A DNA stretch of 64,000 nucleotides from an uncultured Chloroflexia bacterium (lineage in GTDB: Bacteria > Chloroflexota > Anaerolineae > JAAYZQ01). The notes below the pieces were generated by a model, which searched no databases, was not told where the DNA came from, and worked only from the letters and a program-made list of their open reading frames with translations. A program made the translations under genes and the position numbers. Below are positions 29,338 to 39,807 of the stretch, in pieces. The stretch covers positions 1,376,001-1,440,000 of the forward strand of contig CAVOXA010000001.1 in assembly GCA_963700285.1 (NCBI GenBank). The letters are read 5' to 3'. How positions within the stretch are numbered: position 1 is the stretch's first letter; every line of letters begins with the position of its first letter.

Positions 29338-29970
29338 TCAGTCAAACATCGCGGGACGGTTGGGATCCCCCAGATGGGCAAGCACCTCCGCCAGGTGCCG
29401 CTCATTGGTCCGGCTCGAGGACAGTGGGGGCAAATCGTCAAAGTCAAAGAACTCGGCGGCAAGGGTCTCGTTGCTGGGGCGGGCCTGGCCTCCGGTCAGC
29501 TTGCACAGGAAGACTATTTTGTAGGCGTGATAGAATGTCAAGGGCGTTCCATCGCGGTTGGCATCAAAGACCCCCACTACCTTGGCTGGCACTACGTCGA
29601 ACCCACTCTCTTCCCATACCTCGCGGATGACCACCTCGGAAGGGAGATCGCCGACGTCAGCCCAGCCTCCTGGCATACACCAACGTTCGTCGGCCCGCTC
29701 CTGGACCAGGAGGATCCTGCCAGCGCGTGTGACAGCACCCCGCACATCCACCTTGGGGGTTGCATAGCCCGGCTGCATTCGAAAGTCCTGGAGCAGAGAG
29801 TCCAGGGGAAGCCCGGTCTGGCTATGGACGATTTCGCCGGCGATCTCGGTTAGGCGCTGGTAGCGAAGCGTGTCGTATTCGGTTTCACTGAAAGTCAGGC
29901 CGGTCTGGCTGAGAGCCTGGATCTCTCGGGCCCAGGCCAGCCAATGTGGCGTGCTCCTCCCTGACTCCAA
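29338..29970 (-). CDS. NUDIX hydrolase (YjhB-like, with N-terminal domain)
   Basis: GYATPKVDVRGAV, PGGWADVGD...REVWEESG. Confidence 0.92.
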   Translation of the reverse strand: MESGRSTPHWLAWAREIQALSQTGLTFSETEYDTLRYQRLTEIAGEIVHSQTGLPLDSLLQDFRMQPGYATPKVDVRGAVTRAGRILLVQERADERWCMPGGWADVGDLPSEVVIREVWEESGFDVVPAKVVGVFDANRDGTPLTFYHAYKIVFLCKLTGGQARPSNETLAAEFFDFDDLPPLSSSRTNERHLAEVLAHLGDPNRPAMFD

Positions 29971-30630
29971 TCAATCACCAGCCTCAAGGATCACTGTTTC
30001 TCCGGCGTAGAGTTTGGTGAAAGACCGTCCATCGTCGTCTGTCCCGATACCAGAACCAAAGTGCATCGGGACGACAACTTGGGGCTGTATGGTGCGAGCC
30101 GCTTCTGCTGCCTCTTCTGCCGTCATCACGTATTTGCCGCTGACGGGCAACAGGGCTACATCGCAGCCCAAGTCTGCCATCTCGGGGATGTGATCGGTGT
30201 CCCCGGCAAAGTAGAGTCGCTGGCCACCGATGGTGACAATATAGCCCACCATGTCGGCCTCCCTGGGGTGGAAAGGGACTCCAGGTGAGCGAAACTTGTT
30301 GGTGTTGTAAGCGCGTACCGCCTCGATCTCGACTCCGGCTATCGTCATGCTCTCTCCAGGGCGGATGATCTGTGCCCCAGGTAGCTGCTCTGCTGCGCCA
30401 GAATTGCAGACCACTACGGTGTCTGGTCCACTGATGGTTTCTATGTCTTTGGGCGAGCAGTGATCGCCGTGTTCGTGGCTGATCAGCACAAGATCGGCTA
30501 CGTGCCCCAGGCCCTCAATATCAGTTGGGTGCAGCTGCCAGGGATCAAAGTAGATGATGGGCGGGCCATCCAGTCGGAAACTATCATGTCCCAGCCAATG
30601 CAACTTGTTAAGTAGCTCCTGGATGTTCAT
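29971..30630 (-). CDS. Metallo-beta-lactamase-fold hydrolase
   Basis: WLGHDSF, SHEHGDH, YFAGDTD, VPMH. Confidence 0.9.
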   Translation of the reverse strand: MNIQELLNKLHWLGHDSFRLDGPPIIYFDPWQLHPTDIEGLGHVADLVLISHEHGDHCSPKDIETISGPDTVVVCNSGAAEQLPGAQIIRPGESMTIAGVEIEAVRAYNTNKFRSPGVPFHPREADMVGYIVTIGGQRLYFAGDTDHIPEMADLGCDVALLPVSGKYVMTAEEAAEAARTIQPQVVVPMHFGSGIGTDDDGRSFTKLYAGETVILEAGD

Positions 30631-30709
30631 GCTACCCTCCTTGGGTTATCCACTTCTGAAACCGGTACCCGGATTCCGGAATTGATTGTGCCCCATTATA
30701 CAACAACTT

Positions 30710-31945
30710 TCAGTGGATCGGCAACCTGTGCTCTGAGTAGAATAGCAGGGCCAGCAAGACGCCCAGCGCCAGGATCAGATAGATGGTGAGTAGCGCCATG
30801 GCGCTCTGCGGACTGATCGATTCAAAGAGTTGTCCCATGAGCAGAGGCAGTGTCATGCCCCCCAAGCTGGCCCCAACCAGAAACCAGCCGGTGATCTGGC
30901 CAGTGATGGTCACGCGGTGCTCGGCAAGCGTCACGGCAGTGGGAAAAACCGACGCCATGAACAGGCCCATGCCGATGGTGGCCGCCCAGGTTGCCAGCGG
31001 TGACTGGGGCCAAAGGAGCAGGACGCTCACGCTGGCCAGACATCCGACAGCGTCGGCGAGGAGGATCCATCGGGGGCGTACCCGGCTGGCAATCGGTATG
31101 GCCAGCAGCCGGCCGAAGGTCAGGGCGCCCCAATAGGCTGAAGTGAGATAGACCGCAGCAGTCGCACTGCCCAGATCCAGAGCGATAGCGTAGCTATAGA
31201 TCCAGCCACCAAAACCACTCTCGACACCGACAAAGAGGAACAGGATCAGCGTAATCAGTAGCACGACAGTGCGCTCGCGGAGCACTGGTCTCGGATCCGC
31301 TGTGGCCTGTGCGTCAGTTGTCGCTGGCGGGGCTTGAGCTTCAATCTGCGCTACCGGACTGGCCAGCCGCAACAACCAGGCGGCGACAGGCAACATCAGC
31401 ACTGCCAGTGTCCAGAAGGCCCACGAGATCTCACCTCTGGCCAACAAAGCCCGGCCAACGATGATTGGGGAGACAAGTGCCCCCAGTCCCCAGAAGAAAT
31501 GGAGGCCGTTCATGAACGGTCCCACCCTGCGGCCATGTACCCATACTAGCAGTGCGTTTCCACCGACATCCACAGTACCCTGAGCCGCACCGAGCACGGC
31601 CATGATAGGAATCAACAACCAGAGCCGGGGTAAAAAAGGGGTGAGAGCCAGCATTGAGGACACAACCAGCAGCCCAGCAGCCATGAGCGGGTTGCCTGGC
31701 ACTCGGTCATATGTGCGTCCCGCCAGGAGGGAACCAACCAGGTAGCCCACCGCGACGGCCGTGAATAGAAAGCTTACCTCGCTCAATCGGGACTGCGTCT
31801 GGCCGGCTAGCCCCGGGAGGGTTGGCCCCAGGATGGCTCCTGCCATTCCCAGGGCAATAAAAGCGAGGTAGTAGGCGGCAGTCAGAGACCAGCGCCGCCA
31901 GTCACTCACCGTATCTATTGCAACTGCCGCGTGATTGTCCGTCAT
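30710..31945 (-). CDS. MFS transporter (FucP/MFSD4-like)
   Basis: About 12 TMs; LGPTLP, DVGGNAL, MNGLHFFWGLGALVSP. Confidence 0.88.
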   Translation of the reverse strand: MTDNHAAVAIDTVSDWRRWSLTAAYYLAFIALGMAGAILGPTLPGLAGQTQSRLSEVSFLFTAVAVGYLVGSLLAGRTYDRVPGNPLMAAGLLVVSSMLALTPFLPRLWLLIPIMAVLGAAQGTVDVGGNALLVWVHGRRVGPFMNGLHFFWGLGALVSPIIVGRALLARGEISWAFWTLAVLMLPVAAWLLRLASPVAQIEAQAPPATTDAQATADPRPVLRERTVVLLITLILFLFVGVESGFGGWIYSYAIALDLGSATAAVYLTSAYWGALTFGRLLAIPIASRVRPRWILLADAVGCLASVSVLLLWPQSPLATWAATIGMGLFMASVFPTAVTLAEHRVTITGQITGWFLVGASLGGMTLPLLMGQLFESISPQSAMALLTIYLILALGVLLALLFYSEHRLPIH

Positions 31946-32059
31946 GGGTGGCCCATCAGGCGGAGGGTAGCGGTCCGTAGTGCCGTGTGTCCGCCGGCGT
32001 CGAGCTTTCTCTCAGCCACGAGTGTTCGTTCGAAACCACTGTATGCTGGCCAGCGTATC

Positions 32060-33109
32060 TCAGACATTGGCTTTGATGGATAGTTTGAGAGATCGCATGC
32101 CCAGATCGCGCTCGACAATCTCGACTGCGGACTGCTGGTCGGCTTTGCTGCGGGCAACGAATTGAACTGAGCCATCGCCCTGGGAGCCAACCCCTTTGCC
32201 ACCCCAAATGTAGGGCTCGAGGGGCTGGTAGTTCAGGACGCGATGGAGTACGGGAGCAGACAATTCCTCCGGGCAGGCCGGGATGGCGAACTCGTCGAAC
32301 AGTGCCTGGGCGTCGACCATGAGCGCTCCCATGCGCTTGGCATCTCCATCCCGCAGAGCCTCGACGGCTTGGTGGACAATACGGTCATTGATCGGGCCCA
32401 GGAGCGCCTGCACACCTCGGTCGATCTCATTCCTGGCCTGAGGATAGCAATGGTTCAATTGTTCCAGAATCCGCATGGTGTCCTTCTGTGCGTCCAGATC
32501 GACGAGTACCAGATGCAAGTCTTGACCGACTTGTAGTGCTACCGTATCCAGTTCTTCGCCATCGAAGGTCATCAGAACAGGGCAGTTGCCAAAGGCGCAG
32601 CCCTGATCCATGCGGCCGCATCGTGAAGGCGTTGTGATCTCACCCTGGTAGGCCAATTCCATCTCGTCGCGGACGGACAGTCCCAGATCATAGACGCGGT
32701 TGAAGGCTCGTGCTGCCAGCACGCAGGCCGCTGCGCTGGACGAGAGCCCCTTCTTGATGGGTAGATCGGTTTTGTAGTTGTCGACTACCAGACCTCTAAC
32801 GCCGTAATGGGTCAGCATCTGGTAGGCAGCACCGGCAACGTAGCTCCAGAATCTGCCCCGCTGCGCTTCCTCCAGCAACGCACCAGGCTCCATCGGAACC
32901 TCATGCGGGCCACGCTTCTCGCCGCCAGGCATTGTAGCCGTGACGACTAATGCGCTGGGATGCGGCTCGACCTGGGCATAGATGCCTTGATCGGTGCCAC
33001 AGATGAGGGTGTAGCCCTTCTCGATGGATGGGTTCGCGGGCCGGTATCCTCCGGCCCAGTCCGAGTGTTCTCCAAACAGGCAGAGGCGCCCGGGGACAAA
33101 GAGATTCAT
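32060..33109 (-). CDS. GHMP-family sugar kinase
   Basis: PGRLCLFGEHSD, LPIKKGLSSSAA, CGRMDQ, KGVGSQGDG. Confidence 0.88.
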   Translation of the reverse strand: MNLFVPGRLCLFGEHSDWAGGYRPANPSIEKGYTLICGTDQGIYAQVEPHPSALVVTATMPGGEKRGPHEVPMEPGALLEEAQRGRFWSYVAGAAYQMLTHYGVRGLVVDNYKTDLPIKKGLSSSAAACVLAARAFNRVYDLGLSVRDEMELAYQGEITTPSRCGRMDQGCAFGNCPVLMTFDGEELDTVALQVGQDLHLVLVDLDAQKDTMRILEQLNHCYPQARNEIDRGVQALLGPINDRIVHQAVEALRDGDAKRMGALMVDAQALFDEFAIPACPEELSAPVLHRVLNYQPLEPYIWGGKGVGSQGDGSVQFVARSKADQQSAVEIVERDLGMRSLKLSIKANV

Positions 33110-33124
33110 GAGGGGTCTCCTGGT

Positions 33125-34186
33125 TCAGTATGGTCGAGCGGTCTGGTATTGGCGAGGCCAGGTTACTTTTTGACCCAAGACGTGGGCAGCGTGCAGGGGC
33201 CAGTATGGATGCCGCAACAGTTCGCGGCCCAAGACTATCAGGTCGGCCCGGCTGTTGCGGATGATCTCGTCGGCCAGTTCAGGTGTCGTGATGAGCCCCA
33301 CTGCTGCCGTTGGTATGTCTGCCTCGCGTCGGATATGTTCAGCAAAAGGCACCTGATAGCCTGCACCGAGCCCTTCTGGACGTGTGGGCAGTGACCCGCC
33401 GGAGGAGCAGTCGATGAGATCTACGCTCAGGGCGCGCAGCTCCCGTGCCACAAGGACGACCTCGCCTGGCGTCAGACCCTTTTCTGGCGCGTGCAACTGC
33501 TCGGCCCAATCTGTGGCTGAAACGCGAACAAAGAGAGGCTTTTCCAGGGGCCAGACCTGTCGTATGGCCTCAGTCACCTGCAGCAAAAACCGCATGCGGT
33601 TCTCAAGAGATCCACCGTATTCATCCGTGCGGTGGTTCGAAATGGGCGAGAGAAATTCGTGGATCAGATAGCCGTGGGCTGCATGGATCTCGACCAGGTC
33701 AAAACCGGCGGCCAGGGCCCGCTGGGCAGCCGCTTTCCATCCGGCGATGATCTCGTCAATTTCCCCTGGCTCGAGTTCGACCGGCTCTTGCCAGCCCTCC
33801 TCGAAAGGCAGGGCGCTGGGGCCAACTGGAGGCTCGGGGCCCCAACCCTTGTCTGCGCTCCATGCCTTGCGCCCTGCGTGGGCGAGTTGGACGCCAATGG
33901 CCGCACCTTCTGCCTGAACCAACCGGACCATACGGGCCAGCGGCTCTACCTGCCCGTTGTCCCACAGGCCCAGGTCCCGCTGGCTGATGCGCCCGCGTGG
34001 CTCAACGGCCGTGGCCTCGGTGAGCAGCAGCCCACTTCCACCGATAGCGCGAGCCAGGTAGTGAGCCATGTGCCAATCTGTCGAGCACCCGTCGCTCTGG
34101 GCAGAGTTCATGACCATGGGGGCCATTACGATACGGTTACGAAGCTCAAGTCCCCGCAGGGCCAACGGTGAGAATAGCTGTGTCAT
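33125..34186 (-). CDS. namA: NADH:flavin oxidoreductase / Old Yellow Enzyme (NamA/YqjM-like)
   Basis: LRNRIVMAPM, QLAHAGRKA, EIHAAHGYL, GRELLRHPYWP. Confidence 0.88.
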   Translation of the reverse strand: MTQLFSPLALRGLELRNRIVMAPMVMNSAQSDGCSTDWHMAHYLARAIGGSGLLLTEATAVEPRGRISQRDLGLWDNGQVEPLARMVRLVQAEGAAIGVQLAHAGRKAWSADKGWGPEPPVGPSALPFEEGWQEPVELEPGEIDEIIAGWKAAAQRALAAGFDLVEIHAAHGYLIHEFLSPISNHRTDEYGGSLENRMRFLLQVTEAIRQVWPLEKPLFVRVSATDWAEQLHAPEKGLTPGEVVLVARELRALSVDLIDCSSGGSLPTRPEGLGAGYQVPFAEHIRREADIPTAAVGLITTPELADEIIRNSRADLIVLGRELLRHPYWPLHAAHVLGQKVTWPRQYQTARPY

Positions 34187-34242
34187 GGTACTCTCCTTCA
34201 AGGTCATTCTTTGGGCAGCAGTACCGATCTGAGTCCGAGATC

Positions 34243-34875
34243 CTAGGTCAGGGCAGCCACACCGGCCACAAACTCGGCTTTTCCGCCCCTTGACGGGTGC
34301 CGGATGTATTGGGCATCCACGCCGATGGCAATCAAGGTCCGCTGTGCCACGCGGCCGATGGCGTAGGCTTGCGCATCAGGATACAGGGCAAGCAAGCATT
34401 TTAAGACTTGGCGCCCGTGATGCAAGTCCTGGCCCGGGGGCCGGTTGGTGAGTGGTCCCGACGGCCCACAAGGGTGCCATGGGAAGGCGTTCCACAAGAC
34501 GCAGTCCCTGCGCTCACCCAGGGTTTGCCATACCATCTTGGCCGATCTCTCGGCCCAGGGGCTGTCAGCTCTACTGCTGCGCGCCAGTTTCTTGCCCACC
34601 GTCCAGCTCAGGCGACCTGGACCGGCCAACTGTGCTTCTCCGGTGAAGGGGATGCCCGAGAAGCGACAACCCGCATAGCCTGCCGCCTCACCCACGAGCA
34701 CAAAGCGCACACCTGAGCGCTGATCAAAGGTCTCCAGGTAGCGTTTCAGGTTCTGCCGCCGAACCTCAGCACCAGTGGGTCTGTCCAACTCTGGGTGGAC
34801 ATCCCTATACTGGTTAAAGGCCAGGCTACTGCCAGCGTATTGGGTCAGTAGATGGAATAGCAGGTCGTACTTCAT
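34243..34875 (-). CDS. Uracil-DNA glycosylase superfamily protein
   Basis: LVGEAAGYAGCRFSGIPFT, WNAFPWHP, IRHPS. Confidence 0.82.
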   Translation of the reverse strand: MKYDLLFHLLTQYAGSSLAFNQYRDVHPELDRPTGAEVRRQNLKRYLETFDQRSGVRFVLVGEAAGYAGCRFSGIPFTGEAQLAGPGRLSWTVGKKLARSSRADSPWAERSAKMVWQTLGERRDCVLWNAFPWHPCGPSGPLTNRPPGQDLHHGRQVLKCLLALYPDAQAYAIGRVAQRTLIAIGVDAQYIRHPSRGGKAEFVAGVAALT

Positions 34876-34946
34876 TGGCCGGAAGTCGCAATCGCCTCTT
34901 TCATGACAAGATTCTGGGACTGACCAGCAGGCGCGGGTAAGCAGGG

Positions 34947-36464
34947 CTACCTGGACGTCGCCGACTGGATAAAGGCCGCCAAGTCTCGCCCAAGTTGTAC
35001 CAGTGAAGGCTCGTGGACATACATCATGTGCCCTGCCTCATAGTGCCCCATTGAGATGTTTCCCTGCAGGCCGGTATCGATGCCCAAATGATTGAAAGTA
35101 AAGTGCGTGGCAAAGTAGGGCGTGGCCAAGTCATAGTAGCCGTTGGCCACAAACACCTTCAGAAAAGGATTCTTGGACATGGCCTCGCGCAGGATTTCGG
35201 CCACGTTCACATACTGGTTCTGATGCTCGTCGTAGCTCCAGGGCTGTACCCGGTCCGATATGATCTCATAAAGATGATCGCTCTCATATTCCAACTCAAC
35301 GCGCACATAGTCGTTGAGCATAGCTGTATAGGCGCCCTGTACCACTGCATAGCTGGGATCATACTCGTGCTTTTCACCGGCGGCATCCCGATCGATGCCC
35401 GTGAACCTGCTGTCAAATCGGCCCACGGTGCGGTGTTGGTTTCGCAGCAACTCTTTGACAAACCGGTGGATGTTGATCCTGAGATCGGTCTGCTCGATGT
35501 ATTCCTGGCTTAGCCCCGTGTACCGGGCCAGCTTTTCGACAACCTGCTTGCGTTCATCGCTCGTGAGGGCCGCACCCTTCATCAGGGCCAGGTTGTACTC
35601 ACCCAGGGCGAAGGCTTCCACTTCTGCCAGCGTGCTGAGGAGGTCTGCCTGCAAATCCTCAGGCAGCTTTCGGTGATACCAGGCGGTCGCGGCATAGGAT
35701 GGCAGGAACAAGACAAAGGGAAGATCGTTGCCTGGATAGAACCTGGCTGTCTGAAAGTTGAGGATCGTCGACACAAACGCGATACCATTGAGGTACATGC
35801 CATGCCGGTCCTGGAGATAACCCGAGAGGCCAGCAGCGCGTGTGGTCCCATAGCTCTCGCCGATGAGGAACTTGGGCGAAGACCAGCGCTTGTAGCGGGT
35901 TGTGTAGAGACGAATAAAGTCGCCCACGGACTCGATGTCGTTCTTGAATCCATGGAATTGGGTGGTCTTTTCACCGGGCACTGCCCGGCTGAAGCCAGTG
36001 CTCACCGGATCGATGAATACCAGATCTGTCTGATCCAAAAGCGATTGCTGATTATCGGTCAACCGGTAGGGTGGCGGCAAAGGCTCGTCATTTTCGTCCA
36101 TCGCCTGCACTCGCCGCGGGCCGAGAAGACCCAAGTGCAGCCACACCGAAGATGATCCTGGCCCGCCATTGAACGAAAACGCTATGGGACGCTCATGCCT
36201 GTAGGAGATCTCGTCTGCACCCTGGGGGGCATCCTTTGTGTAGGCGATAAAAAAGATCGAAGCCTTGGCTTTGTCACCCTTGGCCTTTTTGTCCTCTCCT
36301 TCCTCTTCCTGTTTGAGGATTAAGCTGCCTGCTGTTGCCGTATAGCGAATCTTTTCTCCACCGATGAGAATGGTGTGCCGGGTTTCCGAGATCCGTTCCT
36401 CGGGGACCTCGGTGGCGGTTTCCTGGGCCGCGGTTTCCTGGGTTTCCCCATCCTTCTTGGACAT
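34947..36464 (-). CDS. Serine carboxypeptidase, family S10
   Basis: FNGGPGSSS, FIDPVSTGFS, GESYG, AGHMMY. Confidence 0.93.
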   Translation of the reverse strand: MSKKDGETQETAAQETATEVPEERISETRHTILIGGEKIRYTATAGSLILKQEEEGEDKKAKGDKAKASIFFIAYTKDAPQGADEISYRHERPIAFSFNGGPGSSSVWLHLGLLGPRRVQAMDENDEPLPPPYRLTDNQQSLLDQTDLVFIDPVSTGFSRAVPGEKTTQFHGFKNDIESVGDFIRLYTTRYKRWSSPKFLIGESYGTTRAAGLSGYLQDRHGMYLNGIAFVSTILNFQTARFYPGNDLPFVLFLPSYAATAWYHRKLPEDLQADLLSTLAEVEAFALGEYNLALMKGAALTSDERKQVVEKLARYTGLSQEYIEQTDLRINIHRFVKELLRNQHRTVGRFDSRFTGIDRDAAGEKHEYDPSYAVVQGAYTAMLNDYVRVELEYESDHLYEIISDRVQPWSYDEHQNQYVNVAEILREAMSKNPFLKVFVANGYYDLATPYFATHFTFNHLGIDTGLQGNISMGHYEAGHMMYVHEPSLVQLGRDLAAFIQSATSR

Positions 36465-36502
36465 TTTTAGCTCCTTCTCAGCTATTCACTTCTAACGCTT
36501 GA

Positions 36503-37252
36503 TCACGCCTGTTCATTTTCTGAGCGGGCGGACGCCATGCGGTTGGCGATCAATCCTGCCATCGCTCCGGCGCCAATCCCGTTGTCAATGTTGACTATGG
36601 CCATTCCCGGCGCGCAGCTCTGGAGCATTGAGAGAAGCGCTGCCTCGCCCTGGCCTCCATAGCCATAGCCAATGGATGTGGGCAAGCCCACGACGGGTAC
36701 GTCGACAAGGCCGGATACCACCGAGGGCAGCGCACCGTCCATGCCAGCAGCCACGATCAGAACATCGACCTGGACATCCTCCAGCAAGTGCTGAAGTGGT
36801 TCCCACAGGCGGTGGATGCCGGCCACGCCCACATCGTAGACTGTGAATACCTCGCAGCCCATCTCGCGGCAGAGTAGCGCCGACTCTTCTGCCCAGGGAA
36901 TGTCCGACGTTCCCGCCGTGATCACGCCCACGCGCCCACCCAAGCGGGCCGGTTCCTGGCCCTGGCGACGCAGGACCGCGGCCCTTGGAGCAGGAAACCA
37001 TTCCAACTGTGCCTCATCTGCAAACGCAGTTCGCAGGCGAGGTTCCAGTTCGGCTGGGACACGGCTCAGGATGGCCCGCCCGGTCGTCTCTAGAAAGCGT
37101 CTCGCTATCTCCAGGGATTGTTCGACCGTCTTTCGTTCTGCAATGATTACTTCGGGTACGCCCTTGCGCTCCTGGCGGTGAAAGTCTGGCCGAGCGGCGC
37201 TTGAGGCGCCCGCAGGTTCACTGGCGTATCGATTCTGATTCAAGCTCATCAT
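36503..37252 (-). CDS. larB: Nickel-pincer cofactor biosynthesis protein LarB
   Basis: RKGVPEVI, AGTSDIP, DVGVAGIHRL, AGMDGALPSVV, VNIDNG. Confidence 0.93.
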   Translation of the reverse strand: MMSLNQNRYASEPAGASSAARPDFHRQERKGVPEVIIAERKTVEQSLEIARRFLETTGRAILSRVPAELEPRLRTAFADEAQLEWFPAPRAAVLRRQGQEPARLGGRVGVITAGTSDIPWAEESALLCREMGCEVFTVYDVGVAGIHRLWEPLQHLLEDVQVDVLIVAAGMDGALPSVVSGLVDVPVVGLPTSIGYGYGGQGEAALLSMLQSCAPGMAIVNIDNGIGAGAMAGLIANRMASARSENEQA

Positions 37253-38090
37253 TTAGACTCCCCATGCGATAACCAGCCAAGTCCAAGGTGACATAACGGT
37301 AGCCCAGGCTGCGCAGTGCTTCGACAGCTGGGGCACGAACATCAGATTGGGTCAACCGTTCGATTTCCTCCGGTGGCACTTCCACGCGGGCTACGGGGTA
37401 ATGGTCCCGGACCCGGATCTGGCGTAGATTCCACAGTTCCCGAAGAGTTTCTTCGGCAACCTCGACACGGGCCAGACCTTGTGCAGTCAGTCGTGTGCCA
37501 TAGGGGAAGCGGCTGGCAAGGCAGGCGTTGGCTGGCCGGTCCCAGTTTGGCAGGCCCCGGGCCCTGGACAACGCGCGCACGGCAGCCTTGGTCAGTCCTG
37601 CCTCGCGCAAGGGTGCGCGCACGCCCAACTCCTCGGCAGCACGGCTGCCAGGGCGATAGTCTGCCACGTCGTCGGCGTTTTCGCCATGGATCAAGTGCGA
37701 TAGACCCTCGCTTCGAGCCACCTTCAGCAGGGCGTCAAAACGAGAGAACTTGCAGTGGTAGCAACGATCCGGTGGGTTGGCGACAATGCCGGGATTGTCC
37801 ATGTCGTCGCTGGGCAGCACGAGATGCCGGGCACCTAGCTTCGCTGCCAGCATGCGAGCTAGGTCTAGCTCGCCCCGTGGCGTCAGGGGCGAGTCAGCTG
37901 TCAGGGCCAGCACTCGATCGGCGCCCAGAACATCGATACAAGCGGCCAGGAGGTAGCTGCTGTCGGTGCCACCGGAGTAGGCCACGGCCGTGCTGCCCAG
38001 ATCCACGATGATTTCGCTAAGGCGCGCCAATTGCCCTTGGAGGGAGGGGGACAGGTTTCTGCCAGATGCATTCCGCAAGTCAGCACTCAT
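37218..38090 (-). CDS. larE: ATP-dependent sulfur transferase LarE
   Basis: PP-loop AYSGGTDS, RCYHCK, DYRPG, ACLASRFPYG, GYRMGSLN. Confidence 0.93.
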   Translation of the reverse strand: MSADLRNASGRNLSPSLQGQLARLSEIIVDLGSTAVAYSGGTDSSYLLAACIDVLGADRVLALTADSPLTPRGELDLARMLAAKLGARHLVLPSDDMDNPGIVANPPDRCYHCKFSRFDALLKVARSEGLSHLIHGENADDVADYRPGSRAAEELGVRAPLREAGLTKAAVRALSRARGLPNWDRPANACLASRFPYGTRLTAQGLARVEVAEETLRELWNLRQIRVRDHYPVARVEVPPEEIERLTQSDVRAPAVEALRSLGYRYVTLDLAGYRMGSLNDELESESIRQ

Positions 38091-38830
38091 CAATTCACCA
38101 CCAACCAGGGGCAGAATCGCCCTTGCAGGCGATCAACCGCAAAATAGAGAATCAAGCCCAGGAGGCTCATGGCCACCACCCCCGCGTACATCTCCGGATA
38201 GGCCAGACGGCCCCAGGTTTCTACAATGATATAGTAACCCAGACCAGAGTTGGTGGCAAATGACTCGGCGAAAAAGAGGACGGCAATGGCCGTGCCGATG
38301 CTTACCCGTAGTGAGGTCAGGACAGCGGGCAGACATGCTGGCAGATAGACGAAGCGAAAGATGGCCCGACGGCCAGCACCCAGCGAGCGTACCGAGGCGA
38401 TCAGTTCTGGGCGCAGGTTCGCGGCTTCGTCGCGGACTACGACCAGTATCTGGAAAAAAAGGATTAGGGCGATAATGAATATCTTGGATGCATTGCCGAT
38501 GCCCAGCAGGAGCAGGATGATGGGCAGGAACACGATCTTGGGAATGGGATAGAGGAGGTAGATTGCCGGTGCTGCCAGGCGGTCGGCCGTGGGACTGAGA
38601 CCCAGGGCCAGCCCTGCAGGTACGGCAACGACCACAGCTACCAGGATGCTGGCGACTACGCGCCCGGCGCTAACCGCGGTGTGGCGCCCCAGGTCTTTGG
38701 GCAACTCTGATACAAAGGCTGCCAGTACCTCCCATGGCAGCGGAAGGATCGGTTTGCTAAGGAACATCGAGGCCAGTTGCCAGACAACCAGCAGCCCAGC
38801 GATGGCCAGGATCAGATCGCGTTTGCGCAC
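38090..38830 (-). CDS. ABC permease (NitT/TauT family)
   Basis: YPIPKIVFLP, SVRSLGA, LFFAESF...GLGY; stop overlaps the larE start (TGATG). Confidence 0.92.
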   Translation of the reverse strand: MRKRDLILAIAGLLVVWQLASMFLSKPILPLPWEVLAAFVSELPKDLGRHTAVSAGRVVASILVAVVVAVPAGLALGLSPTADRLAAPAIYLLYPIPKIVFLPIILLLLGIGNASKIFIIALILFFQILVVVRDEAANLRPELIASVRSLGAGRRAIFRFVYLPACLPAVLTSLRVSIGTAIAVLFFAESFATNSGLGYYIIVETWGRLAYPEMYAGVVAMSLLGLILYFAVDRLQGRFCPWLVVN

Positions 38831-38978
38831 AGAAGGTCTCCCCTGGGTATTGCCCAGAACCGGGCTCGTACCATCGCATCGGGTTTGCCGACGTCCCTGG
38901 AACGACGGAGGCCGTGGCTTGGCCCATCGCTCAATCTAACTGTCAAGGGTCTGTGGCTCTCCAGAGCCGGGCAGGTTC

Positions 38979-39746
38979 TCATAGTAGCTCGCGGACTTTG
39001 TTGCAGCGCACCTGGAATATGGGTTGCTCGCGATAGTCTAGCTGGCCGGAGTCAGGGTTGTCGATGACCAGGGCCTCACGGTGGGGAGGCCGGCGCAACA
39101 CCAGCAGGCGCTGCCCCAGGTAGACAGCTTCCTCGATATTGTGCGTCACGACAACGGTTGTCACCCCCGTTTCGGCCCGAAGTTCTAGCGTCAACCTTTC
39201 CAGGTCCTCACGGGTCAAGGTGTCCAGGGACGAGAAGGGTTCATCCATCAGCAGCAGATCGGGGTTCATGATAAGTGTGCGCGCGATGGCCGTACGTTGG
39301 CGCTGGCCTCCAGAGATCTGAGCCGGATACTGGTCGCGCAGGTCAGCGATTCCCAATCGCGCCAGCCAAGAGTCTACCCGGTGGGCAATTTGCTTCTTTT
39401 GGAGGCGGTCGCCAGCAGGTGCGTGACGGCCATCTGGACCGTAGAAGCGACGAACAGTCAGCCCCAGCGCCGCGTTCTGGGCAACAGTGGCCCAGGGCAG
39501 CAGACCGTAATCTTGCAGGATGAGGCCGGTGCGAGGTCTGGGCCGTGTTAGAAGCTGGCTGCCAACCTGTATTGCTCCGCTTGCAGGCTGCCGCAGCCCA
39601 GCCAGCAGATAGAGCAGCGTCGATTTGCCGCAGCCCGAGGGCCCGATGACGGCCCATGCCTCGTCGGCTGCGGCGTGCCAACTGAATCCCTCAAACAGCG
39701 CTGGCTGATCAGGGTAGGCAAAGACCAGATCCTGGACGTCGATCAT
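38979..39746 (-). CDS. ABC ATP-binding subunit (NitT/TauT family)
   Basis: GPSGCGKST, ISGGQRQR, LLMDEPF. Confidence 0.93.
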   Translation of the reverse strand: MIDVQDLVFAYPDQPALFEGFSWHAAADEAWAVIGPSGCGKSTLLYLLAGLRQPASGAIQVGSQLLTRPRPRTGLILQDYGLLPWATVAQNAALGLTVRRFYGPDGRHAPAGDRLQKKQIAHRVDSWLARLGIADLRDQYPAQISGGQRQRTAIARTLIMNPDLLLMDEPFSSLDTLTREDLERLTLELRAETGVTTVVVTHNIEEAVYLGQRLLVLRRPPHREALVIDNPDSGQLDYREQPIFQVRCNKVRELL

Positions 39747-39807
39747 GAGGAGAGCCGCAACCGGACGGATAGGCGAGCAAGCGCTGACAGCATCTACGTG
39801 TCTGCTT

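Noticed and set aside
38856-38979. Possible MITE with GAAC...GTTC ends, similar in size to the 43930-44058 element
   Set aside because: Arms are imperfect, internal similarity is weak and no target-site duplication is seen
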